NCBI RefSeq assembly: GCF_001194135.2
Contig: NC_068985.1
Coordinates: 125,968,760-126,005,585, forward strand
Length of the DNA stretch: 36,826 nt
From: Octopus bimaculoides
Lineage: Eukaryota
Direction of reading: 5' to 3'
Shown here: positions 21,302-33,141 of the stretch, piece after piece
Numbering within the stretch: the stretch's first letter is position 1
How the letters are laid out: each line of letters opens with the position of its first letter
The notes under the pieces: model-generated
Seen by the model: only the letters and a program-made list of their open reading frames with translations
The model's database searches: none
What the model was told of the DNA's origin: nothing
Program-made: the position numbers and the translations under genes

Positions 21302-23325
21302 TCAAAATATTATTGTGAATATAAAGCAACATGAATGAAAGATAATCTCCCATCTTAGACAAAATATGCTGTTTATTTCTTTTCATTATGGCTACAGAAA
21401 ACTGGCTCTTGTCCGTTGAAAAGGAAAAAAGAAGACTTCAAGGGATCCAGCACACTTCAAAAAACAAGCAACACATGAGAAGTAATGTCCAACACTGTAA
21501 AGAACGGCAGTAGTCTGATGTGGTAGAGGGACAATAAGACAGAGAGGGGGTAGGGAGAGAGAAAGCTAGTTTCTTTAGCTTACGGTGTTGTATTTTATTC
21601 GTGTTGGTTTAAATTGTACGCTAAGCTTGATTTTCCCTGGACGAAACGTGTTTTTCTTCATAGTCTCATCGATAAACGCAACGTTGATAGAATCGTTATG
21701 TGGAATGCAGCTTAAATAATTTGACATTGTGGACTACAGTATCCATGAAAAAAACTTCATGGGCTACCAACTGTAAATTTATTTTTAATTGCGTTACACA
21801 AAACACATTAAATATTTTTTAAAATACGTATAAATTTACTTTTAATAGGTTTAGATTTTAGATTATGACATGCAAATAATGTTAGTGACTTTTTGGGTCT
21901 TATGAAACTCACTGTGGACCATCAAAACTTGGTTAGAACCACTAGCTGTCAAGGTAAATTATCTCATGCATCACTAGCATAAAACAAACATTTCGAAGAT
22001 TATGGAACCAGTGATCAAAAATGCTATTTATCGCCTTAAGTTGCCCTCAACTATTTGAGATCACATTACCATCCAGGGGTATTTTGTGAGTCAGAACTTC
22101 CTAACAGTTCTTTTGAATTCTGCAACGAAAGCAGTATTGTAGCTGTTGACATCATTAAATTTTTCGACAACATCTGATATAAGAATTTTTCAGAAAATTC
22201 GCCCACGTATTCGTTCCATCCATCTCTCATTTTTCGGAAGATTATGTTAGGCACCCATATTTTATCGATTTTTGTCTGTCTCATATTTTGCTTATATCAT
22301 TCACATCATTCTGTTGCTTAATTACATTGCCGCTGTTATTTCTAACAGCAATTACTCCTACGCAGGTATTACATCCTCACTATTGGATACAGGCATAATC
22401 CTTACGTAACTATCACACACCTCGTGCCAGACTTGCACTGCTTCTAAAAGTAAGTGCCCAACATCGTTCCTCGCTTATTAGTTCTGCTCTTTACTAGTCA
22501 GTAATCAGATGCTCTCGGTGGGAGGACACAAAAGTTTAAATTGACCCCAGCATGATCCAGGTATAATTATTTTATGGAAGTCTATGAAGACTGCAAATGA
22601 ACGAAACGAAATAATAGTTGGACTCTTTACTACAGTCAGACAGCACCAACATTATTCTTTCACAAAGATAAATTATGTAACCAACAGATGTTATCCTCGC
22701 GGGTGTTTATAAATATGTTTCTGAGCAGTACACATTTGTGCTGTTTAAAAAAAAAGAAAATAAACATCGGATGAACAAAGTGTGTGAATCTGATTAATCA
22801 ATGGCAGATGCAGTATATAGAGCAAGTGCAATGGTGTAATTGTCTACATTACTTACGTCAGAATGCTTTGATTTAATTGAGATGTCTTTTGGCTAAGATT
22901 CGCCAATAGCCGAACAGTTCAAATCTATCACATCTGCAGTTTGTTCGAATCTCATTATATGGTTAGTGTATACGAACGAATCACCACCAATGTCAATTAA
23001 AGTTGTTTTCGGGGATTTAGTTTGGTTCTATTATCAATACGATTTTTCTACTGGATTGAGTATGTCAGGATTGTTACGGTACGTTTATATTTCTGATGTT
23101 GTTACAAACATCAATAGTATTACTTGATCCCTTCCTAATCACGGTATTGCATATTATTAAAATGTATCTGCAGTTCAAACTTTTGGCCAACCAGAATAAT
23201 GTTTGGCCAATACAGCCAGCAAGGTCTATGATTTAATTTTTCTTCGATGGTGATTACATCAATTTTTGTGATTTACAGGGATTTTTTTTAATAAGCGGAG
23301 GGGGCAAGATCGATGAAATTACACA

Positions 23326-23530
23326 CTCGTCAGAACGTTGGACAAAATGCCTAGCAATACTTGTTCCGGTTCTTTACGTCTGAGTTCAAACCCCGACGAG
23401 GATAAGTACTCTTTTCTTTTTCTTTTTTTCGGTAGTCAATAAAATATATATCATGTACTGGAAGTCGATACAATCAACTAACCGCTCCCGCACTGAAATT
23501 TCAGGTCTTATTCCTATATTAGAAAGAATT
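23326..23530 (+). mobile_element. Degenerate SINE family B
   Basis: CTGAGTTCAAACCCCGACGAGG...GTCGATACAATCAACT...GAAATTTCAGGTCTTATTCCTATATTAGAAAGAATTAT is collinear with the family B copy at 27667. Confidence 0.6.
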
Positions 23531-25019
23531 ATGTGAGGATGATAGAATCGCTGAATCTAAACATCACTCTCGTTTTACCATACTTACAAGTTGAATTATT
23601 TTTCATCTCTTCTATGTTTATATTTATGCTTTAAGAAGAGGAGTAAGCACAGTCTCACAACATAGCATCTTGGGTAAAGGTAATTTTTTTATGACCTCGG
23701 GCTAATCCACAACTGGGGAGTAACTGTGTAAACGGCCACTGTATAGAAGTCTGTCAGATGGATTGTTCCAAAAATTCAAAGAAACTGCCTTGTCCCGAAG
23801 TATGTCACGCTGATTCCGCTTGAGAATAGGTGCCTATGCCCGTAGCTATTTAGATGCTATTTTAATGAACAGATAATTCAGTTGATTAAAGAGCTGGAAT
23901 ACATATCATTGAACGACGGTGAAATATCCATCTAGTTACTGAAAGAAGGGATTCTGATACGGTTGCAAGAAAACATAAAGTTGTTTGATCGGATACTTGA
24001 TACGTTTGTACTAGAGAGAAATTTATCAAAACACACAGGAGTCGATTTAATTAATTGAATCTCAACTATACAGATTTGTGGCCTTGGTTAAATGCCGGAA
24101 ATAAATATTTGATGATTTTATGTAGTTACAAACAACTAGTACTTCACGGCAGCTCATCTAAACACAACACACTACATGTAGTGCGTGTCGAATCAAACGA
24201 TTGAACGAACAAATGCATACACATGCATAAACCGGACATTATTTGCTCTTGTATTACAATAATGCTTATCAATATTAACCTTATGCTTACTACTAGCAGT
24301 ACTGTTATGCACTCAGTCTATATTATGTATTACCCCATGAGAAATTATTAATTTCGCTATAAATTAAATTGGGTGTGTCATTAGATTCGTTAACCGGTTC
24401 AATTAATTAATATGAGTGTTGTTTGAGCCAAATTATCTCCCTCGTACTAACTTCTACAAGCTAGCTATTGTTTTCATTCCTATTGTCAACTAAACCGGAG
24501 TTTATTAACCTGCTAGAGTGAATCATATTATGTTCCACCATATCTACTTAATTATTTATACAAGTCATATTATTACTATCTATATTAGTTGTAATATTTG
24601 TGCTTACTGCGGTCCTTTCTAATATTATAGATCCACAGTTTGAACCTTTGAACAAAGTTGCATAGGAATGTCTATCTTTGATGATTATATACTGCAACTG
24701 ACTCGATTAAATGTACGTAAACGTCACATAAAAGGACATTTGGACACTTATCCAGCTGACACAGGTGTCAGATTGGAATCGAATGTGAATATAATGAGAA
24801 TAATACTGTAATAAATAAAGTTCGAAGATATATAGCTCTCCATTCTTCTTTATGATGTCTTGATTATATATATATATATATATATATAAAGTATTGTAAA
24901 ATAAAGTTGAAGCAAATTAACACCAAATATATAGCGCGTATGTTTTTATTGGCTAAACTGGCAACATGACCATCCCTAAATACAACAATATATATATATA
25001 TGTGTGTGTNNNNNNNNNN

Positions 25020-25054
<35 letters not shown>

Positions 25055-25744
25055 TTATCAATTTGTGTTGCAAGATTCCTGATTTGAAATCGTGTGTTGA
25101 AACAGGTATTGTTGTATTTCGGGATGGGGATGGGCATTTGTTTTTCTTTTTGCCAAATAAACACACGCACTGTATATTTTTTCTTTACGTGTTTATTACT
25201 GTTCTTATCTTATTATTTCAACTCATGTCCATTGTCCACAAATCTTTCGTCACACATCTGGGACCTCTTAAGCGACACTTTTCGTTTTCGTGTGTTTTCT
25301 TGATCCACTTACTCCATTCTGTTCTTCTAAGGTGTGCATCCTTATCTGCGCATGCGTTTGTGTCCGTGTGTGTGTGTGCGTTTGTGTGTGTTTGTGTGTG
25401 TGTGTGTGCACGCGCGCGTGTGTGTATGTGTGTGTGTATGCTTGTGTGTGTGTGTGTGTGTCATAGTTTTTAGAAGCAGTGTGGCTCAGCAATCTCGTTT
25501 TCTCACAACATTGAAACCCGAATGTATGGTACAGTTCCTGTATCCCTCTGTGTACCTGTGTTCGCCCACGGTGTTGCCATCGTGGTAGCTGTTGCTGTTG
25601 TTATTGCCATCGTTGTCACCGCCGCGGCTGTTGTCGTTATTAATCGTGTTGTTGACATTATTGTGGCCGTCCGTGAAATTTCGTGTGTGTGTGCACGGGT
25701 TCGTTTCGTATGTTGTATGTATCCATGTCCTTTACATAGATTCA

Positions 25745-26390
25745 CTAGTAGTATAGCCCGGCGCTGCTCGGGATTAAGCTAGGATTATTAAGTGATCAAG
25801 TGCTTTATTTCAAACCAAAATAAATAACATGGATATCATATTTGAGCGAAATCCGTTGAAATTGGTTTGGCTGAAAATGGTTTGCTGGCAATTTGATTGC
25901 GAAATCCCAGAAGGAATCAGTTTATTGGTTATTTCCACTCATTGAGTGTTTTTTTAAAAAGTTGCATTAGAGATCTGCATAGGAAAAGGTTGATCTGAAG
26001 GTTTGCATTGGGGATGTGAATTGGAGTAACTTAGGAAAACTTACCAACAGCCTTAACCAAAACACTGTATCTTCCCCCTGTCACAAACACACTATTTATT
26101 TATTTCTCTCTCTCTGTCTGCCTGTCTCTCTGTCTCTCTCTCTCTCTCTTTCACGCGCGTACGCACAGATTTGACTTCGTCATGTCAACAAACTTCAAAA
26201 TTGGTTAAAGTTTATCGATTTTTACAGGTATACGCGGGTACCTCTGAGAGAGAAAGTTCACTAAAATGCACATAAGGTCATTCCGAATCTTCTCCTAAAA
26301 TTGGAGCGACATGCATGCTAATTTGTGGACATGCATAAACCACATTCACGTACACACACACACAAACATCCTCTGTTTTATAGATATTGA
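25745..26390 (-). mobile_element. Non-autonomous Helitron (~646 bp)
   Basis: Minus strand starts A|TC(AATATCTATAAAAC) and ends with hairpin CCCG-AGCAGCGC-CGGG, 8 nt, CTAG|T: canonical TC...CTRR termini in an A|T site; internal GA/CT microsatellite. Confidence 0.65.
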
Positions 26391-26689
26391 TTCATTTATT
26401 TTATCTATCTCTATATTTTTCCCAAGCATGTGACAAATATATTTATATATTTATTCATTTTTATACATCTATCCCAGCCATGTGACAAATATATTTATAT
26501 ATTTATTTATTTTTATACATCTACTGCTATTTCACATAAGTATCACAGGTAAGTGCATTTGTGTATATTTGGTGTGTATTACCCTGTATGTTTCTGTGTA
26601 TTATTTGCGACTTATGTTTGTTTTTTTGTTGTTTTGTTTTTCCTCTCTCTACTCATCCCTTCTGTCTTTAGTCATGTAGTGTGGTGCTG

Positions 26690-27120
26690 GGTGTTTACTG
26701 TCCATTCGTGTTTTCTATTGAGGCTCGGTCAGTCAACTGCTATGTGTGTAGCCTCTGTGATTTGTCTAAATGTTGTGTCAGTTCTATGTGTCAATAATAT
26801 CTTAACCTTTATGCTATTGATCAAGCCTCCATGTTTTGCTTTAGCATGTTGGTAGAACACTGACGAGCTTTTCCCTTCCTTGAGCTCTCGCCAATCTTCA
26901 CCTATATGATCTCCTATGCTGCGTGCAGTCTCTTCAATGTCGGTAGTTGTCATGTTTCTGCACCGTCCCTCAGTACACTACATTTCTAAACTTACTGTTA
27001 ACCCGTGGGTTCATCTTACATACAACACAATTGTACTCTGTACAAAGGGGATTTATCAAAGAGATAGGTATTGCAGATCAGGGATTTTAATGGAGCACCA
27101 GGCCTCTCTGCCACTTTAAT
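26690..27120 (-). pseudogene. Second PLE remnant: GIY-YIG endonuclease region
   Basis: KVAERPGAPLKSLI...DIEETARSIGDHIGEDWRELK...SSVFYQHAKAKHGG...VKILLTHRTDTTFRQITEATHI corresponds to YIGETARS..ER..EH...H...H...RQI.EA. Confidence 0.7.
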
Positions 27121-27198
27121 TCGTAGATTAGCCTAACTCAATGTTTTTCTTTTCTAAAAAGATATGCCAGTTCGCTGCCAGGGATAGCATCGACGAAC

Positions 27199-27464
27199 AT
27201 GACACTCTGGTATTTTTTGTTGTCATACCATGAGTTGGCCTTATTTATCTTATTACTGCACAGCGGGCAGATCCCCTTATCATCACTCTCTATGATGGCT
27301 TTTTACTTAGGCCTGGCACCTCTAATCCTGTCCCTTTTGTTGTAGTCAGATAAGGGGATCTGCCCGCTGTACAGGAGTAAATCTTGGAACAGCACACAAA
27401 GGACCAGTAATAAGATAAGTAAGGCCAACACTTGGTATGACAACAAAAAATACCAGAGTGTCAT
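27199..27464. repeat. Long inverted repeat: ~83-bp arms, 67-nt spacer, 33-nt extra segment in the right arm
   Basis: The outer 32 bp are a perfect match; there are about 4 further mismatches; the extra segment at 27375-27407 is bounded by CAG. Confidence 0.93.
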
Positions 27465-27666
27465 ATTCAATTTAAGTACTCGGTTTTACACCCTCATTCA
27501 GGAATATATACTTTGTTTCTAGCCTTCTGGGAAAGGGAAATGAATGAGTAAGAGTGATATACTCGTATAAGAAAAAGGGGTAGAATAAAGACAGAGAAAT
27601 GAACAATTGGTGAAATATTGAGAGTGATTAAATAATAATAGGATGTGAGAAACATTTCACAAATAT

Positions 27667-27879
27667 TCTTTTTTACTCTAGGCACAAGGACCGAAATTTT
27701 GGGGCAGAGGGCCAGTCGATTAGATCGATCCCAGGACGCAACTGGTACTGAATTTATCGACCCCGAAAGAGTGAAAGGCAAAGTTGGCCTCGGCGTAATT
27801 TGAACTCAGAACGTAACAGCAGACGAAATACCGCTAAGCATTTCGCCCGGCATGCTAGCGATTCTCCCAGTTCGCCGCC
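27667..27879 (-). mobile_element. tRNA-headed SINE family B, near full length
   Basis: Minus strand GGCGGCGAACTGGGAGAATCGCTAGC...CTGAGTTCAAATTACGCCGAGGCCAACTTTGCCTTTCACTCTTTCGGGGTCGATAAATTCAGTACCAG; the central block resembles a conserved metazoan SINE core (from recall). Confidence 0.85.
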
Positions 27880-27984
27880 GCCTTACAGACCTAATATGAC
27901 ATACCAAAATCGAAGATTAAATCATTTCAAAAAATGAACGGTCGAATGCTTGTATATCTATTTTCGAGTAAAATTTACGTTAAT

Positions 27985-28196
27985 GTGTCTTAGTGATTGG
28001 GGTGTTGGACTCATGATCGTAAGATTGTGGTTTCGATTACTGGACCGGGCGATGTATTGTGAGCTTGAGAAAACACTTCATTCCACATTGCTCCAGTCCA
28101 CTCAGGTGGCAAATATGAGTAATCTTGTGATGGGACGGTGACTCGTCCAGGTGGGAAATTTATATGCCACGGAAACAGGGAAACCGGGCCTATGAA
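27985..28196 (+). mobile_element. tRNA-headed SINE family D (V-SINE-like central motif)
   Basis: GGTTTCGATTAC (B-box-like), GAAAACACTTCATTCCACATTGCTCCAGTCCACTCAG, and CTTGTGATGGGACGGTGACTCGTCCAGG resembling CCTGCGATGGACTGGCATCCCGTCCAGG. Confidence 0.6.
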
Positions 28197-29420
28197 TCTA
28201 TATGATTCGGGACGGATCTTTATCTGTTATCTTTTACATCAGTTCAGTTGGTTTGGAAAAGCAGCTTAGTATGCCCTGTCAGAACGACTACCATATGCAA
28301 CACAACACCTTGTGTTATCCTGCAGCTTTTGTTGGTATTTCTATGACTAGTCGTGCGGAGATATTGTTTCCACAGGGGGTTATCTCTGAAAGAATTACTG
28401 TGTTAGCTGAAGATGTTGTTGAGGATATGATATGTTATAAATATGGTTTATGAGGTATTTTTGTGCTGGATTACATTGTTGTAAAAGGTGTAAAATATGT
28501 TATAATTGTTTCAAATTATTATTTTGGGCGCAAGACCGATCGGCACTTATAACGGGAAAGGTTAGTTGATTACTTCGACCCCTTTGAGCTTGATCTCAAA
28601 AGGATCAGAGGATGCAGTGAGTCACAACGACAATCATAGAAGCGTTGTTGTGTTGACAAAGATTCGTAGAGTAGATGATGAGATGTGATGTGTTGCGATA
28701 GGATACATTATGGGGAAGAATGAAGTGCGTTAGAAAGACGGACGACATGGAGTTGCTGCGTTGAGACAGTTGTGAAAAAAGACGTGTTAAAACGGCGGTC
28801 GATGTGAGGTATTGCCATGATTAGTGGATTTGCAGTTAGTCTTTGTTGTTGTTACTGTTGTTGCTAATAAGAATATTATAGTTGACATGGTTGCAGTTTC
28901 ACGTTGTAGTGTTGAGAGAATTTCTGGTAATGATGTTAGCGTTGATGTTATTGTTGTTATTTTATTCATGGTTGCATCGATACTTCTTTGTTTTTCAAAA
29001 GGCAGTGGCTATGGTGATGATATCTGAAATAGTGTAAAATGGCGGAGAATAATTAAAAAAAAAAAAAAGAAGGAAAAGAAGGAATATAAAAAAATATATA
29101 AAAAATAAATAAAGAAACAAATAGAAGGAAAGCGCAAGACAAAGCGAAAAGAAAGTACGGAAAATAAGCGTAAAAATACGAAAGAAATAGAAATCTTTTG
29201 AATGAAAATTTAACGGAATTCGTATAGAAAATAACAGAATATCAAGAGAAATATTCCAGAGTATTTCGACTATTCTTCCTGTCGTATCACAGTAAAAATT
29301 GAAAATATAAATAACAGAAACATATAAAGCAAATAAGGTAAAACATATATATGCATGCATGTATCTATTTAACTATCTATCGCTCTATCTGTATGTGTGT
29401 GTTTATATACTTAGAAGTGT

Positions 29421-29425
<5 letters not shown>

Positions 29426-29456
<31 letters not shown>

Positions 29457-29522
29457 CATACATAAATGCTTCTGTGTGTGTTTCTGTGTTTCTGTGTCTG
29501 GTTGTAATATGAATATATATAC

Positions 29523-29600
<78 letters not shown>

Positions 29601-30130
29601 ACTTTTAAATATTATACATGTATAGGTGTATATACAATTATATATTTATATATGTATACACTTACACACACACATATATGTATGTATACATACATGTATG
29701 CATGTACATATAGATTATTCTTTTTTCATACAGACTCGCACACACATATGCATAGAATAAAATATAATGTGATATAATGTTAATCCATATAATCCAGTAT
29801 CTGATATCTTATCAAGAAATATTAACAGTGAATATGAACTTCGAAGTTAAACTTGGATCAATGATTTCATATCTAAAGATTTTCTTGACGTCTTTGCATT
29901 TCTTCTTTGTTTTGTGAATTAAGAAAAATTCGTTTTCTATTGCAGATTATAAACTCCATACATGAATAGAAAATGCATCTAAATACTTCTAAATGCATTA
30001 GGTGTCTACAGTCCTTTTTGCATTTCGACAGGAATATAAAGAAAAGAAAAAAATGAAAAGATAGATGAACAGCTTGACTTATACAATACCCAGGATTCTG
30101 AATAGACACGAGCGAAACACATTCATGCTT

Positions 30131-30179
<49 letters not shown>

Positions 30180-30203
30180 TGCACAAAACTGTTTACACAC
30201 ACG

Positions 30204-30259
<56 letters not shown>

Positions 30260-30838
30260 AAAACACGCATATACACACACTCACATCACACACGGACACA
30301 GACACACACACTCACTCACGCACACACATATATATACACACATACATACACACACTCCCCACACATTAATAGATAGATAGATACGTGCAAGTATAGGCAT
30401 ATTTATATATGCACACAAATATGTGTGTGTGTATGTATGTGTGTGTGTGTGTATGTGTGTGTGTGTGTGTGTACGTGTGTGCGTATATACCTGTCTGTAT
30501 GTATATGTATGCGTGTGTATGGAAGAATATTAATGGTTGTCAAAAGTAAAAGAAAAGGGTGTCCAAGAGCGACTTTTTTCTTAATATTATTTAAGACTTT
30601 ACAAAATCCAGACTAATGCTGGGACATATTGAAATTTCAGAATTTTGTTACAGTCAAGTGTGATTAAAAAAAACAAAGCGATAGAATGTTTCATTGCTTT
30701 ATAATTTTTAATCTTCAAATTGTATTTGTCACTCTGTTTTTTCTTTAATTTTGAATGCGAAGAATAGCAGGAATTTTCTTTTTCTTCTGTTTTTGATTAT
30801 TCGGCCAGTGAGATTTCGAATTAAAAGAAACATTGCAG

Positions 30839-30903
<65 letters not shown>

Positions 30904-30958
30904 NNNNNNNNNNCGTGTGTGTGTGTGTGTGTATGTGTGTGCGTGTGTGTGTGTGTAT
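29426..30958. repeat. Cluster of (TA)n, (GT)n and (CA)n microsatellites with AT-rich spacers
   Basis: Directly visible at 29426-29598, 30130-30500 and 30841-30958. Confidence 0.9.
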
Positions 30959-31011
30959 ACGTAATGCCTGTCGCCACTTCAACATGGCTGTTCCATACAA
31001 ACCGAGGTTAA

Positions 31012-31190
31012 TACAGTTCTATATTTAGGAGATGAGGAATTATGTTCATTATTTACATGTAACGGATATTTGTCCACATCTTGTTTGTTGTTAACACAAC
31101 GTTTCGGCTGATATACTCTCTAGCCTTCATCAGGTGTCTTGGGAAAATTTCGAACCTGGGGTCTCATTCCTAAGGTGTTTTTTGATGTTA
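31012..31190 (-). mobile_element. Short hammerhead-bearing repeat, copy 2, adjacent to (AAT)n
   Basis: Reverse complement of 10257-10409 plus ~25 nt more 3' sequence; (TTA)n tract at 31191-31245. Confidence 0.82.
31093..31138 (-). ncRNA. Minimal type-I hammerhead motif
   Basis: GACAC-CTGATGA-A-GGCT(AGAGAGTATATC)AGCC-GAAA-CG-TT-GTGTT: fully paired 5-bp stem I, 4-bp stem II, GUU triplet. Confidence 0.7.
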
Positions 31191-31208
31191 TTCTTATTAT
31201 TATTATTC

Positions 31209-31244
<36 letters not shown>

Positions 31245-31719
31245 NNNNNNNNNNNNNNNNNNNNNNNNNNNNNNNNNNNNNNNNNNNNNNNNNNNNNNNN
31301 NNNNNNNNNNNNNNNNNNNNNNNNNNNNNNNNNNNNNNNNNNNNNNNNNNNNNNNNNNNNNNNNNNNNNNNNNNNNNNNNNNNNNNNNNNNNNNNNNNNN
31401 NNNNNNNNNNNNNNNNNNNNNNNNNNNNNNNNNNNNNNNNNNNNNNNNNNNNNNNNNNNNNNNNNNNNNNNNNNNNNNNNNNNNNNNNNNNNNNNNNNNN
31501 NNNNNNNNNNNNNNNNNNNNNNNNNNNNNNNNNNNNNNNNNNNNNNNNNNNNNNNNNNNNNNNNNNNNNNNNNGCCTGATGAAGGTTAATACTTACCACA
31601 TAAAGGTTAATACTTATGTATTCTATTTAAATGTTTTGAGTAAACTTTGTGATTTACTCCCCTATAGAAATCTACTATATCACACCTATAACCATATACA
31701 TACCTTGATGATTCCCAGC

Positions 31720-31857
31720 AGTACCATAGTACCAATAGTACCAATAGTACCAATAGTACCAATAGTACCAATAGTACCATAGTACCAATAGTACCAATAG
31801 TACCAATAGTAGCAATAGTACCAATAGTACCAATAGTACCATAGTACCAATAGTAAT
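31720..31857. repeat. 9-bp minisatellite (AGTACCAAT)n, 15 units plus a partial unit
   Basis: Units counted by hand; 8-mer AGTACCAT at units 1, 7 and 14, and AGTAGCAAT at unit 11. Confidence 0.97.
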
Positions 31858-32572
31858 TTCTTGCACTAAATACAACCGATCTAGAAGAAGCCATTTGACT
31901 GGATTAAATGAAAATTTCCAATGCAACCCACTGAATATAATCTATGTCTGATCTATGCGTCCTTCTTCTATACAAATCTAACTTCAAATATGAAAATGCG
32001 TTTTACATAAATACCCGAAAGTGTCCCAAACATCAAAGCATAAGTAAAAACTAATTTCCCACACTAAATAAGTCCAACTTACAAGTGACTATTAATCGTT
32101 TTTCGTCGTACCTTTTACAGCCTTAACCAGAAAATAATTTTACTATCGTTCCTTCCTTACTCCACTCTATAACTTTTCTTTTTTGTTCCACTTTCTCATT
32201 CTCTCTCAATACTTACTTAATCATTTCTTCGTTCTCTATAAACTCTTTAACAACAGGTCTTAACTGATTTTGAGATGCTATTTTAATCAATGAAAATGTG
32301 ACATTCTCAACCTATGCTCAAATATATTCGTCATATAAAGAGCGATGTAGTTACATATAATTCTACCGAAGTAACTGCTCTTCCATAAATCGAGGTAACT
32401 CAAAGTAATAAAATAAAGCAAAATTACCGCTCTAAGAACTGTGAATACAATTAGTTGATGAGTGGAAGTCTTTGCTGTTGCTTCTAATACTACCAGCTAC
32501 ATCGAACAACAACAACAACAATAATAATGATGAGAAGAACAAGAAGAAGAACAAGAAGAAGAACAAGAAGAA

Positions 32573-32690
32573 GAATGATCCTTTTGGGGTCGATGAAACA
32601 ACTGCCATCTGAGTGCTGGGATCGATGAAATCGACTTAGCTCCCACCCCGCAAACAACTCAGGCCTTGTACCTATAGCAGAAAGGATTCT
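32573..32690 (+). mobile_element. SINE family B, 3' half
   Basis: ATCCTTTTGGGGTCGATGAAAC...GGGATCGATGAAATCGACTTA...CAGGCCTTGTACCTATAGCAGAAAGGATT. Confidence 0.7.
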
Positions 32691-33000
32691 TATTACCTCC
32701 GCCTTCTTTTCAATCTCGTTTGTTTGTTTGTTCGTGGACAATATATCTCAAGAACCGCTGGATGGATTCAGAATGTTTGGCCTGATGAATGGCAGGAACT
32801 GATTAGATTTTGAGATCGATCCGGTATCGGACAAGGATTCTGGATTATTTTTCTGGATTTTTTTACCTAATATTTGAGAGCGGTCGGGCTCAATTTTTGT
32901 GTTCTCGTTTGAGAGCAGTCGAGTTTATTTCAGATATTCTCATTTTAAAAATCATCTCCGGCTAATCGTCGGCGTTGCCTTGGCGGAGGTTTGTGTCACA
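32691..33000 (+). mobile_element. Helentron-associated (HINE/DINE-like) non-autonomous element
   Basis: Subterminal inverted repeats ACCTCCGCC (32695-32703) and GGCGGAGGT (32982-32990), a (GTTT)n tract after the 5' end, a small TGTG-T-CACA palindrome and a T-run after the 3' end. Confidence 0.65.
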
Positions 33001-33141
33001 GGTGGTTTGAGTTGTTTTTTTTTTTTTTTGTCATGTTAGTCGTAAGTCATAATGTTAAATATTTGTTTGATTGATTGTGACTGTTCAAATTGTTGCTATT
33101 GTTATTTTGAATTGTTGTTTTTTTTCCATTGTGGGGAAAAA

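Noticed and set aside
22066-22284. KIWVPNIIF as a Cys-loop receptor (chemotactile/nAChR-like) motif
   Set aside because: Only a short WxP match; no Cys-loop or other ligand-binding-domain motifs follow in any frame.
22857-22934. Minus-strand exon ending in a perfect GAC|GTAAGT donor
   Set aside because: All three frames from the nearest CAG acceptor contain stops.
28690-29030. Val/Thr-rich ORFs (also 25503-25782)
   Set aside because: Degenerate GTT/GAT/GCT trinucleotide tracts with no splice or domain support.
31576-31620. CTGATGA-A-GGT...ACC directly after the N gap as a fifth hammerhead
   Set aside because: No GAAA follows the putative stem II, and the upstream context is lost in the gap.
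31720-31857. Regular short repeats as a CRISPR-like array
   Set aside because: No unique spacers; it is a plain minisatellite in eukaryotic DNA.
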